IMG/VR virus record: IMGVR_UViG_3300017991_000060
Location: 1-64,000 of that record
Length of the DNA stretch: 64,000 nucleotides
Reading direction: 5' to 3' (one strand)
From: a virus
Part shown: positions 55,801 to 64,000 of the stretch, piece after piece
Layout: every line of letters begins with the position of its first letter
How positions within the stretch are numbered: the stretch's first letter is position 1
Made by a program: the position numbers and the translations under genes
Notes under the pieces: model-generated
Told to the model about the DNA's origin: nothing
The model's input: the letters and a program-made list of their open reading frames with translations, nothing else
The model's database searches: none

Positions 55801-56095
55801 CAGACGCCGACGAGGCAGGCTTCATGCGGTAGCCCTGGGCGCGGCATAGGAGGACCATCGCCTCCCGCGTGTCAGCCAACGCAAGGAGCGAGTTGATCAT
55901 CTTGCGGTCGTAGTAGAAAGCGTTCTGCGCGTGGAACCACGCGAGCACATCGAGGATGGCACCAGCGATGTCGGTGGCGAGAAGGGCGTTGTAGCGGCCG
56001 TCGCCAACGCGCCGACGCACAAGCTCCCTAGCCCGACGGGCGCACACGTCGAAGGTCCTGGCGGTGTAGTCGATCTCGATTGCGGTGCCCATCAT
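52835..56095 (-). CDS. Baseplate wedge subunit (T4 gp6 / gpJ-like)
   Basis: DYTARTF..; IRFGT/FGDGIFG; RYRVGGGVRGN; RAVRRLDF. Confidence 0.8.
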   Translation of the reverse strand: MMGTAIEIDYTARTFDVCARRARELVRRRVGDGRYNALLATDIAGAILDVLAWFHAQNAFYYDRKMINSLLALADTREAMVLLCRAQGYRMKPASSASVAVRCTPVPVQGGAITLRSGLKVQVGDLTFELLEDTQIPAGAPVWPDGTTDDLIVFTEGVTKEVRHVSTGEKWQKFPLEHPNTIEGSVTVEVAAELWEEVPSLVFSEGDRRGRDTFVGDGTDNQEFTLSLLHAVIDPDDEDGILLLVQPSGQPSSAAVTWRQAPLASGLTGAPLEYDVVQEVDGTTKIRFGTVADGAAPAAGDVIDVHYLIVGAQKRYQLTYDQDDTAIVLFGDGIFGLIPPAGSEIVFRYRVGGGVRGNVDIGAIDTTVQGFLPSGARASVRLYNLETGSGGNPPESVDHARYFAPKFAVSGDRAVRRLDFTTHAATYFDQVYGALAHASAYLKQTVPELNTVEIATWGRDSEGNLTTSNTPLKYAVKKYLDSKRTICTNVEVVDGQVVVMDIDASVILETGAARQTVWAAIRQSIEKFFSSAFVLPGVDLSVSRLYNAIQETGGVESAEIIKVTGASRISQEIGTGDGFAVLFSGNLVLQEGTALVPQSVIIADADGGQQAVDDGEGAFTGDNDNSISPGSTGNAVDMSTGVFSLQFADPPPIGSRVYATARAEVYFAREEDLGGSDGNVGRLDGATDYYPIVQRRPQGVWSGDQVRVVDSFQIGSTQQMAGRLAAGVLQNTLTIQDSGGQVVSDNGTGALVQTSPPVGVVGSVNYQTGDVAFTWNALPTTVIRALWQTETVEVYIPDEFSPFDEGRVFLWGGFDADGLQPGGVLFAYDDGEEAIYGNVDITKTYAIRYEDGKIEFTWSVAPAPGPGAGGSYVATLSPVPDGVTRQFAFTTGQDFSRGGLDGEGRLRLQLTDLATPGVAFEDAYDNWNGDINGESLDPEGTNVIAYGGGSGTITFLTPPAAAASPTFLIWVTNVATLMYSGWVFRVKTPGAPGLDKGLFADHTGRLWGPPAAGPANTFPTDRLDHLRGRYVSSLAGSPVAAGRAMVLTYDSLTGVPPSLDIPIDGSQIASLGRVNLTEKPPEVQLG

Positions 56096-56099
56096 ACCC

Positions 56100-56588
56100 T
56101 CACAGGTTCATCTTCGGGAAGTCGGCCGCCGCATTGTACACCCTCCGCTCGGGATCACCGTACACGGAGAAACCGACTGACACGTACACGGCGTACGGGT
56201 TCACGTCAGGGTCCCAGTCCACGTTGACGGCAACCACCTCGGCGCGAGGCTCCTGGTCCGCGAGGTCCTGGCGCGCGTAGTAACCGATCTGCTGAATGGT
56301 GATGTCGTCCAGCGGCTCGAACAGAAGGTACGGCAGCTCGCTTCCGATGTCCGGGTCGTAAGGTATCGACCGCTTCGGCGTGGAAAGGATGTTGACGAGC
56401 GACGTAGCAATAATCGCAACGTCGTCCTGAACCGGCCCCAGGACGCTCTGGGGTGTAGCGCCGAACGGGTACCCGGCCCCGCGGTGAAGTCCGCGCGTTT
56501 TGGCAAACACCCTACGGTCCACCTGGGGAGGCGCGAGTCGCTGCGATTCGTACCCAGTCGTCAGCTCCGGGGGGATCGGGTCTGCCAT
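56100..56588 (-). CDS. gp25/GPW-like baseplate protein
   Basis: SLVNILSTPKRSIPYDPDIGSEL..LLFEP; EPRAEV. Confidence 0.8.
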   Translation of the reverse strand: MADPIPPELTTGYESQRLAPPQVDRRVFAKTRGLHRGAGYPFGATPQSVLGPVQDDVAIIATSLVNILSTPKRSIPYDPDIGSELPYLLFEPLDDITIQQIGYYARQDLADQEPRAEVVAVNVDWDPDVNPYAVYVSVGFSVYGDPERRVYNAAADFPKMNL

Positions 56589-57640
56589 CAGCTTGCCACC
56601 ACCTCCTGAGTCACATCCGTAGAGGACGGGCTCAAATCGGCCACCGGCAACGGCCCCGCGGTCGGTGTCGGCACACCTGGACCTGGGCTGTAAAGATGCG
56701 TGTGGCCGTTGTACTTGGTCAGGAACGCCTCCGTCGCAAGGCGTTGCTTCGCCGCAGCGATGGACCCAAGGGCTAGACTACCAGCGCCGCCAGCGGTCGC
56801 GATGATGAGCGACGCTCCGGTGAGCGTCAGAACACCGCCCACCGTCAACGTGAACGCCGTGCCTACCAACATCGAGAACGCGAGCGCGAACGTCCAAGTG
56901 GCAGCCCCGAGGAAGTTCTTGATCGAGACGCCTCCGCCGGTGGACACGCTCGGGGCCACGCCCGTACTCTGTAGGGTAACGCCCTGAGCGACCACGGTGG
57001 CCGCCCCTCCGGCCGTCACGTTCGCCTGGCCCGGCGTGGTGACGTTGATGGCCTGGGCCGCGGTGTCGATGACCACGGACTGCGTTGCGTCCTTCATGCG
57101 CGCCTGCTGAACGGTGTCGTCGAGCACCATCTCACGGTTGCCCGGCGTCGTGACGCGCGCCTTCTTCTCCACGTCGTCAAGGAGGAACTCGTAGCCACCC
57201 TCCGTAACGGCCAGAATCTTCTCCTCGCCAGGCTTGAAACGCATCTCGATGACGTGCCCGTTCGGAGTCCGCATAAGCCACGTCTTGGGGCCTTGCGCGT
57301 AGGAGCTCTTGAACTCGTCAGGGATCTTCGCCTGGGAGAACCACCCACCGAACCACACCGGCCGCTCGCCGTCGCCGTCGCGGAACATCACCCAGACCTC
57401 CGCGCCAATCTCCGGCACGGCGATTATGCCGGACTTGTTCCCGGTGCAGAGCGCGCCCGGCCTAGCCCACGGGAGCTGGTCGTCCTCGATCTTCTCGCCC
57501 TCGTCCTGCGCTCCGTAAACGCTCGGCACACGGATGCGGAGACGGCCCCCGGTGTCAGGGTCCTTGTCATCAACGACGACACCAGGCCATGGGCCGGTCC
57601 ACGTCGCGGGCGCGTGGTCTTGCGTCGCCGCCTCCATCAA
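56588..57640 (-). CDS. Baseplate central spike (gp5/gpV OB-fold) without lysozyme domain
   Basis: GVVVDDKDP..GRLRIRVP; PEIGAEVWVMFRDGD..PVW; C-terminal HTH His pair. Confidence 0.85.
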   Translation of the reverse strand: MMEAATQDHAPATWTGPWPGVVVDDKDPDTGGRLRIRVPSVYGAQDEGEKIEDDQLPWARPGALCTGNKSGIIAVPEIGAEVWVMFRDGDGERPVWFGGWFSQAKIPDEFKSSYAQGPKTWLMRTPNGHVIEMRFKPGEEKILAVTEGGYEFLLDDVEKKARVTTPGNREMVLDDTVQQARMKDATQSVVIDTAAQAINVTTPGQANVTAGGAATVVAQGVTLQSTGVAPSVSTGGGVSIKNFLGAATWTFALAFSMLVGTAFTLTVGGVLTLTGASLIIATAGGAGSLALGSIAAAKQRLATEAFLTKYNGHTHLYSPGPGVPTPTAGPLPVADLSPSSTDVTQEVVAS

Positions 57641-58851
57641 TCTATCTCCTCCGCCACCAAGGTCGTCCTCGGGCGGTTCCGGCCGCCCACGGAATGCTGG
57701 TCCGAGGTCTGCCCCCTAGACACACTCGAACCCGTCGGCTCCGCCACGCCAAAGAACGACTCACGACGGAAGCACAAGGCCGTCGTCTTGCACCCGCCCT
57801 GAAAGCCGTTGTGCACCACTTCCAGAACCACGTAGCGGCCGAACACGCCGATGTCTTGGTCCGGCGTACTAACCCCCTGGACCTCAATCATATCGCCTGG
57901 ATGCAACGTGGTGTCGCATATGCTGTCCAAGCGCAGAGAGAAGTACCTCGGACCATGCGCTCCCCACGCCGCGCGGACGCGCTCCTCAACACCGGCCTCG
58001 GACTCAGAGGTGGTAGGAATAACGCGGAGGCCATCGTCCGGGTCGCGCGCCAAGCGGCTCCCGAGAGCTGGTTGCGAGCTGGCGGCCTGGGCTCCCATCT
58101 CGAACACGGCAGGGGAACCGGCGTCAAGATCGAACCCAACACCAGTCAAGGTCGCACCGCCGCCGCGGTCGATAGATCGGCCGTTGTACGAGAGCAACAT
58201 CCGGTCCAGTCTGGAGTCTCCGATGCTCAGCCGGTACTGGCGCACCGACGACGCTCCGAGGTTCGGAGGCCCGTACCGGAGAACATCGTCGTCGAGCCAA
58301 AGGTAGGTGTCCGCACGGCCGGACTCGGCAGCCGACTCCGCCGCAAGATAGCGCGCATAGTCCCAGTCGGACTGCCGGAGCTGCCAACGGTCGCGCGTCC
58401 TAGCGGTACCAGTGATGTCGTGTTGAAGCCCGTACTCCACGGCGATGCGCCGTAAGACACTGGAGATAGACGTTGCGGGCCACGCCCGAGTCCTGGCTCT
58501 CTGGAGCATCTCCAACCGCTTGTCACCACCGTACACCCTGGCCGACATACCATTTCCGTCGAAGCCCATCCTAGAGTTGTCGAAGTAGACCCTCCGCCAT
58601 TCCTCAGGCGCGTCGTAGTTCGCGCCGCTGAGTCGGAGCCGCATGTAACGAACGGGCTCCTCGTCGCGGCCGACCAGAAAGTCCTTCCACTCCGCCCAGT
58701 TGTCAGCACTGAACTCGATCATCCAGTACCACCCGCCGCGCAACGCACTTTCGATCCAAGTGTACGCGTTCAAGTGCTGCGTGATGTCGTCTGCCACCTC
58801 CTCGGTCTTCAGCTCGAACGATACTTGCAGGCTGGTGTCGGCTTCTGGCAT
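57637..58851 (-). CDS. Baseplate hub (gp27/gpD-like)
   Basis: WQLRQSDWDYARYLA; LHPGDMIEVQG; position. Confidence 0.7.
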   Translation of the reverse strand: MPEADTSLQVSFELKTEEVADDITQHLNAYTWIESALRGGWYWMIEFSADNWAEWKDFLVGRDEEPVRYMRLRLSGANYDAPEEWRRVYFDNSRMGFDGNGMSARVYGGDKRLEMLQRARTRAWPATSISSVLRRIAVEYGLQHDITGTARTRDRWQLRQSDWDYARYLAAESAAESGRADTYLWLDDDVLRYGPPNLGASSVRQYRLSIGDSRLDRMLLSYNGRSIDRGGGATLTGVGFDLDAGSPAVFEMGAQAASSQPALGSRLARDPDDGLRVIPTTSESEAGVEERVRAAWGAHGPRYFSLRLDSICDTTLHPGDMIEVQGVSTPDQDIGVFGRYVVLEVVHNGFQGGCKTTALCFRRESFFGVAEPTGSSVSRGQTSDQHSVGGRNRPRTTLVAEEID

Positions 58852-59202
58852 TTACGTCACCTCGCCGCGCTTCGCAGCGCGGAGCAGAGCGGCCGACACA
58901 TGTACCGGCTTCGGGACCTTCAGGCGCAGACCCGGCACCACCTGTTCCAGCGGGAAGTAGATTTGGTTCGCGTTGGCGATCACCCACCAGAGGGCGTGGT
59001 TCCCCTCACCGTAAGCACGGCGCGCGAAGAGTTCGAGTTGCCCTTCCTCCCCCTCCTGGACGACGTACTCCTCCTCATCTCCGTCCATCTGGATGCTCAT
59101 GTTGTCCCAGACGCCAAAGAAGCTCTTGCCGCCCTTCACGAAGAGGCGCGTGGCCTTCAAGCGCGATGTGAACGGTAGGTCCAGCTCGAACCGTGCCATC
59201 AC
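58852..59202 (-). CDS. LysM-like / tail X baseplate protein
   Basis: YVVQEG..AYG..LWWVIANAN..PGLRLKVP. Confidence 0.75.
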   Translation of the reverse strand: MMARFELDLPFTSRLKATRLFVKGGKSFFGVWDNMSIQMDGDEEEYVVQEGEEGQLELFARRAYGEGNHALWWVIANANQIYFPLEQVVPGLRLKVPKPVHVSAALLRAAKRGEVT

Positions 59203-60083
59203 CGAACTCTCCCCAGGAGACGGGAAGCGGTGCGCGTGTTGATGGTGTTGAACCTCTCATTCGCGATGCGCCGCTCCATCGCACGGGTTGACGGACCCTT
59301 CCCAATGCTACCCTGCTCGGACGCCTCCAAGCTAGCCAGGTACTTAGAGTCCGCACCGGCGTTGTTGCCGTGGTAACGGATGTATTCCCAGTTCGGCACC
59401 CTCCTGAGAAGCGGCTTCATCTGAAGCCTGACTGTGGCCCCGTAGGGACGGCCTGATATCGGGTGCCACGGCGGCTCCCACGTCACCGCGATGTTGGTGA
59501 TGTACCCGCGGATGATCTTCCACGAGCCGATCACGAGGAGCACCATCGGGGGGTCACGCCGCTTCGCGTTCTGCCACCTACGCCTCATACCCCTGCTGGT
59601 TGCTGCCGTCGGGATGTTGAGCGTCCTGAACTGCTGCCATGCGTCCGGCCGCTCCAGGCGGAACCCGAGCGCCATGCACCAGTTCACCTTGCGCTCCATC
59701 GCGATGAGTGCCTCGTTCAAGGTGTAGGGCCACATGGCATTCGGGTCTGACATCCGGCCGCCATCACCCGTCTTGATGCCAGTGCGGAACTTCAGGACGA
59801 GGTTGATGTCGCCCCAGCTCCCACCCTTGTAGTTCACATGCGTCGGTTGTGGTGCGACGTTGCCGCCGTGCTCCTGGTACGCCGCCAACGAGTAGGACTC
59901 CTCCATGTTCTCGTGGAACGGGAAGGCGTCGAACACGAGGCGCGAGTCGCCCGGCACCGGAGCGTACTCCAGGACCAGCGCGCACATCGTCGTATTGCTC
60001 CACGTCGCGTTCGGCGCGAGGCGCGCAACGTGCGGGGATTGCCAGGGCTGAGTCTCCTCCCGTCTTGCCGCGTCGTCTACCAT
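59199..60083 (-). CDS. Tail tube initiator-like protein
   Basis: PPMVLLVIG..IRGYITNI; position. Confidence 0.6.
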   Translation of the reverse strand: MVDDAARREETQPWQSPHVARLAPNATWSNTTMCALVLEYAPVPGDSRLVFDAFPFHENMEESYSLAAYQEHGGNVAPQPTHVNYKGGSWGDINLVLKFRTGIKTGDGGRMSDPNAMWPYTLNEALIAMERKVNWCMALGFRLERPDAWQQFRTLNIPTAATSRGMRRRWQNAKRRDPPMVLLVIGSWKIIRGYITNIAVTWEPPWHPISGRPYGATVRLQMKPLLRRVPNWEYIRYHGNNAGADSKYLASLEASEQGSIGKGPSTRAMERRIANERFNTINTRTASRLLGRVR

Positions 60084-62515
60084 ACGAAGCCTCCAGCGCC
60101 CACGGCGTCGTTCAGGTCAGCGTAGCGGTCCGTCCCGCCATCCGGCTTGGGCGGCGTTGCGTCCAGGACACGAAGCGGGTTCTGGAGGACCTCCAGAATG
60201 CGGTTCGCGGTCGCTACGAGCTCGTCCACCCCCTCCAGGGACATGCGGTCCATCACCGGAGACACGAACGTCCGCACGGCCTCCGCCGTGAGCGGGACCA
60301 CGGCCTCGGGTACGCCCGCCTCCGCGATGGCCGCGGTAGTCTCATCGGTGACGACACCACCAGCCGCCAGCTCCGGGATATGGTACTCTGCGCCCCAGAG
60401 GATGTTGCTGATGGTGCCGCCCGGAATCACCGGCGGGTCCCATTCCAGGATGTCGTTCGCGAGGTCGATGACCCAGTAGTTGATGAGCCCCTTCATCGCT
60501 TCGATGGGAGCCTGTAGCGCGCTGAGGATGGTGTTGACGATGCCCTCGGCGGCCTCCCCAATACTGTCGAGGCCCAAGAAGTTGTAGATCGCCTCGCCAA
60601 TGCCAGCGATCCACAGGAGGAAGTCCTGGCCCTTCCGAACGATCCAATCGAAGAACCCAGCAATCGCGTTCGGGATGATGCTCACGAAGAAGTTGATGAC
60701 CCCATCCACCGCGCCGTCGATCCAGTCTATGAGCTTGTTCAGCGTCTTCACGATGAGGCCGGGGTTCGGGGAGAAGATGCTCTTGAAAGACTCCCAGATG
60801 CCAGTAAACAGCCCAATAACCATGTCGTAGGCCGATTCGAACGGCTTCACAAACGTCTCGTACAGCTTCTTCCCACCGATCTCCAGGGCCTCAAAGAACA
60901 ACGTCACCTTGTCGGCCAGCCACACGATAGCCTCGATGATCGGCTTCAGGATGGGCAGCACCGCACGCAGTAGGCCAATGGCGATCTTCAGGACGATCTT
61001 GATGAAGGGCGCGAGCGCCTTGATGATCGCCTTGTTGATCTCCGCGAACGCCTTCACCAGCGGCATCAGGATCGGGAGGAGCTCGCCCAGGAGCCCCACC
61101 AGGTCCGGCATGATCTCCTGGATGATGTCCGCGAACACTTCCACCCGCGTTAGGAACAGGTCCACGAAAATCTCTACGAGCTGCATCACGATGGGGAGGA
61201 GCGTCTCCACCAGGTCCATCACGATAGGGAGGATCTTCTCGACGATGGGCAATAGGGTGGCAAACACCTTCTGCACGAGCGGCACCATACTCCCGATGGC
61301 GTCTATGATCGGACCAAGGATTCCGCCAGCGCCCTCCAGGGCGTCCTGTAACGGATCGGCCACAAGCATCACCACCTCCTCGATCATCTCGACGAGGGGA
61401 AACATGATGCGCTCGATCACCGGGGCCATGTTGTCGAAGATCGTAGAGAGCTGCGAAGCGATGGGGGCGAACACGTTCTCCAAGACGCCGCCCATGATCT
61501 CGAACGCCGGTTGTAGCGTCCGCGTGAAGATGTCGATGAGCGGCTGAAGAAGCGTGAGGAGCGGGCCGATGGGTCCCAAGAGGAACGCCGTCAAGCCACC
61601 CTTCCCAAAGGACGCGCCCAGGCCCTTCATCAACCCAGCCCCGAACTTCGCGCCCATGAAGTTCGAGTTCTCCAGGGAGCGGGCCAAGGAATCGAAGGTG
61701 GCGCTCGCTTTCCCTACACCGGCCTTCAGAAGATCCGCCCCCTTCGTGACGGAGCTGAATCCCTTGCTGAGGATGGAGAACGCGGACTGCGCCACCTTGA
61801 TGGTGTTGGGGAACTCCTCCTCCGCGATCTGCGTGATGGCCTTGCCGAAGTCCGCACCGATGTTCTTCACGGCCATGAGGTTGTGCTGTAGGGCTCCGAG
61901 CGGGCCGCCGCCCTCACGGTTGAGCCCGATCATCCCCTTCGCCGCCTCGAACACCGTGTCGCGGAAGCTCGCCATCTTGTCCGGCATGGTGCCGAGCACG
62001 GAATCGAACTTGGAGAACCCATCGAATGCGGAACCGAGGAGCGGGGTCGCCTTGATGAGATCGCGTAGGGCCTCGACCATCGCCGTGAGGTTCTCGGCCG
62101 GTTCCTCCGGTACCTCGACCTCCGGCATCTCGACTTCGCCGAGGAGGTCCTCCAATGCGGCGGCCTCCACGTCATCCTTGAAGCCGAGGGCGGCCTCCCC
62201 GAGCGACTGAAGGTGATCCATGAACGGCGTGGCGTCGGGTTCCTCGAACACCTCGTCGAGCATCCCCACGTCGTCTCCGAAGCTATCCAGATAATCCTGA
62301 ACGTCGAGCATCGCCGTGGTGGTCGAGGTCGCCGCGGAGGCGGCGGCTTCCCCGGCCTGGGCCGTCACCTCCTCGACGGTCCCGGCGATGTCTCCAATGT
62401 GCTCCTGCATAACGGGTACGGCGTCATCGAGCACGGCCTGGGCGCGCTCGATGTTCGGGGTGGCGAGGTCCTCGGCGGAGAAGATGAACGCGAACTCTTG
62501 CGTGATGTCGGCCAT
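60077..62515 (-). CDS. Tape measure protein
   Basis: Long amphipathic-helical repeats; C-terminal LAAGGVV..AEAGVPEAVVPL. Confidence 0.8.
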   Translation of the reverse strand: MADITQEFAFIFSAEDLATPNIERAQAVLDDAVPVMQEHIGDIAGTVEEVTAQAGEAAASAATSTTTAMLDVQDYLDSFGDDVGMLDEVFEEPDATPFMDHLQSLGEAALGFKDDVEAAALEDLLGEVEMPEVEVPEEPAENLTAMVEALRDLIKATPLLGSAFDGFSKFDSVLGTMPDKMASFRDTVFEAAKGMIGLNREGGGPLGALQHNLMAVKNIGADFGKAITQIAEEEFPNTIKVAQSAFSILSKGFSSVTKGADLLKAGVGKASATFDSLARSLENSNFMGAKFGAGLMKGLGASFGKGGLTAFLLGPIGPLLTLLQPLIDIFTRTLQPAFEIMGGVLENVFAPIASQLSTIFDNMAPVIERIMFPLVEMIEEVVMLVADPLQDALEGAGGILGPIIDAIGSMVPLVQKVFATLLPIVEKILPIVMDLVETLLPIVMQLVEIFVDLFLTRVEVFADIIQEIMPDLVGLLGELLPILMPLVKAFAEINKAIIKALAPFIKIVLKIAIGLLRAVLPILKPIIEAIVWLADKVTLFFEALEIGGKKLYETFVKPFESAYDMVIGLFTGIWESFKSIFSPNPGLIVKTLNKLIDWIDGAVDGVINFFVSIIPNAIAGFFDWIVRKGQDFLLWIAGIGEAIYNFLGLDSIGEAAEGIVNTILSALQAPIEAMKGLINYWVIDLANDILEWDPPVIPGGTISNILWGAEYHIPELAAGGVVTDETTAAIAEAGVPEAVVPLTAEAVRTFVSPVMDRMSLEGVDELVATANRILEVLQNPLRVLDATPPKPDGGTDRYADLNDAVGAGGFVW

Positions 62516-62518
62516 TTC

Positions 62519-62800
62519 CTACACCCCAAGGAACCTAGAAACCAACACCTGAACAAGCCCGGCCAACTTGCCCTTGCTGTCCTGGCCTCCGGCGATCAAC
62601 TTCAACTGCTCTTGCAGGTCCCGATGGTGGCGGTACAGGAGATCCTGCCGCTGCCACTTCGTCAGGCGGCCCCACTCCTCCGGGGAGATGCCGACTTTCG
62701 AAACGAGACGCCACCTCTCTTCGTAGAGGACCTCGATTCGGGAGCGGCCGTCAGCTCCTTTTGGAACGAGGAGGTCTACGGCGAAACATAGCCCCATCAA
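62519..62800 (-). CDS. Tail assembly chaperone-like small protein
   Basis: LYEERWRLV..GISPEEW..LTKWQR; precedes the tape measure gene. Confidence 0.6.
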   Translation of the reverse strand: MMGLCFAVDLLVPKGADGRSRIEVLYEERWRLVSKVGISPEEWGRLTKWQRQDLLYRHHRDLQEQLKLIAGGQDSKGKLAGLVQVLVSRFLGV

Positions 62801-63941
62801 GGGGCAACCTCACCTTGAACGAAGCCCCGCAAGGACACCGGAAGCGCGGCCTCGTGTCGTAGCCCCAGCTCCGCAAGCCAGTGTGGTCGCGGAAGCCGGA
62901 AAGGGTTTGCGTCGCGGAGCCCTGGACCCACCGCATCGCCTCCAGGCGGCTCACCCGCCGCCCGTTGATGGCGACGATCTGTAGCGCCAAGAGGAACGAG
63001 TGCATCGGATTCCCCTCGTCGGTGTTCGCGTCTCCGAGGCGCGCCGCGAAGTCCTCGGCCGTCTCCACGTCGGCCACCCGCGGGAGCCTCCAGGTGATGA
63101 CCTCGTTGGTGATGGGGAGGGGGTCCGTCTCGAACGGTTCCTCCATCTGCGACGGGGAGAGCCTGAACTCCTCGACGCCCTTGGCGGCATCCTCCTCGCG
63201 CTCCATCTCACGGAGGATGGCCTCCACATCGGCCGCCTCCTCGTCCTCCGGGACAGGCGGCCAGTTCACGTCCTCAGCCTCCCCGGCGAAGCGGAGAACC
63301 CTACACGGGAGCTCCGCCATCGGGAACGTCACCAGGAAGGGCTTGCACTTCCCGTGCTTCGGGCGGAGGCCGATGATGTCCGAGCCGTTACAGTACGAGA
63401 GCCAGTTGAGGACCAGGGCCACCCAGTCGAAGAGGACCAGCTCCTCGTAGGGGATCGGCCCAGTGTCCACGCAGTCGCGCATGATCTTGCGGAGCATAGC
63501 GACGCTAGCCTCGGGGCTGTCCGCCGCCCCGGCCATGACGTTCTCCTGGGCTCCGCGCGTAGGCACCATGAGGATCGTCTTGTGGTGCCCGTACTGCCCG
63601 TAGCACACGCCGCCGCTGGGGAGGTCGTAGGGCCTCGCCAGCGGGTCCCGGGCCACCGTGTTGCCGGAGGTGGCCTGGGCCGCCCCGCGGCCCTTGCCGG
63701 AGCTCTGGGGCGGCTGCATAGGGTTGGGAATGCCGAGTTCTCCCGGCGGTGCGTTGAGGGGAGCGCCCCCGAGGTGGGGAGGACCCCCGCCCGCCATTTC
63801 GGTGCCGGGCGGGGGCGTCCACAGCCCCTCACCTTCCGCTGCCTGCGATGGAGTCTGCCTGGGGGTCCGCATGGCCTTCAGGGCCTCCGCCGCGATGGGA
63901 GTCGTGCGTTCCCTGGGGGTGTCCGCCTCACCCGCCATCAA
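62751..63941 (-). CDS. T4 gp26-like baseplate hub / tail assembly protein
   Basis: YDLPSGG..; GYD..FRCPCG..LPLD. Confidence 0.6.
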   Translation of the reverse strand: MMAGEADTPRERTTPIAAEALKAMRTPRQTPSQAAEGEGLWTPPPGTEMAGGGPPHLGGAPLNAPPGELGIPNPMQPPQSSGKGRGAAQATSGNTVARDPLARPYDLPSGGVCYGQYGHHKTILMVPTRGAQENVMAGAADSPEASVAMLRKIMRDCVDTGPIPYEELVLFDWVALVLNWLSYCNGSDIIGLRPKHGKCKPFLVTFPMAELPCRVLRFAGEAEDVNWPPVPEDEEAADVEAILREMEREEDAAKGVEEFRLSPSQMEEPFETDPLPITNEVITWRLPRVADVETAEDFAARLGDANTDEGNPMHSFLLALQIVAINGRRVSRLEAMRWVQGSATQTLSGFRDHTGLRSWGYDTRPRFRCPCGASFKVRLPLDGAMFRRRPPRSKRS

Positions 63942-64000
63942 TCACCTCTCTCTGGTCTACGCGCCCCTGGGCGCTGCTTGGTTGAAGACGCTGGACTTCG

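Noticed and set aside
62751-62800. Programmed tail-chaperone frameshift between 62751-63941 and 62519-62800
   Set aside because: No canonical XXXYYYZ slippery site; the downstream ORF is in the +1 frame and has its own RBS-like AAGGTGAGG.
108-63832. Many long plus-strand and alternate-frame ORFs in the track (e.g. 9962-11554, 15418-17319, 30461-31972, 38685-40391)
   Set aside because: Shadow ORFs of GC-rich minus-strand genes: Arg/Pro/Gly-rich, no motifs, fully overlapping better-supported genes.
1-64000. TAG stop-codon reassignment
   Set aside because: TAG is frequent, but known-family genes are full length in code 11 and the following genes have their own RBS and start.
1-64000. CRISPR arrays, tRNA/rRNA genes, integrase or IS elements
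   Set aside because: None recognised by eye; the Cas4-like nuclease sits in the recombination module with no repeats or other cas genes.

Overview
Segment of a large, GC-rich (about 68% by eye) tailed phage genome, almost entirely coded on the minus strand in standard code 11. Right to left: a contractile-tail/baseplate module (48.7-63.9 kb); a replication/recombination module (UDG, HIRAN, DnaC-like loader, DnaB, Toprim primase, SSB, family A polymerase, AEP-like primase, SF2 helicase, RecA-like, resolvase, PD-(D/E)XK nuclease; 29-47 kb); and an accessory region (1-29 kb) with methyltransferases, ParB-like proteins, an Acb2/Tad1-like protein and holin-like genes. Best candidate for an undescribed system: accessory proteins, including two polyvalent polyproteins (NUDIX, ART, MTase, GNAT x5, HNH) and a DarA_C protein, share a short [YF]-[TS]-Y-[EQ] leader, and the polyproteins have (L/I/V)-x-E sites at domain boundaries. 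This resembles T4 capsid targeting and prohead-protease processing, suggesting packaged, cleaved and injected effectors. Second signal: five unrelated proteins, two of them putative DNA methyltransferases, end in a PIP-box-like M-[TV]-D-F tail. Five sigma70-type promoters and an apparently enriched GTAGG/CCTAC motif are also visible. Family calls come from motif recognition by eye; no searches were run.
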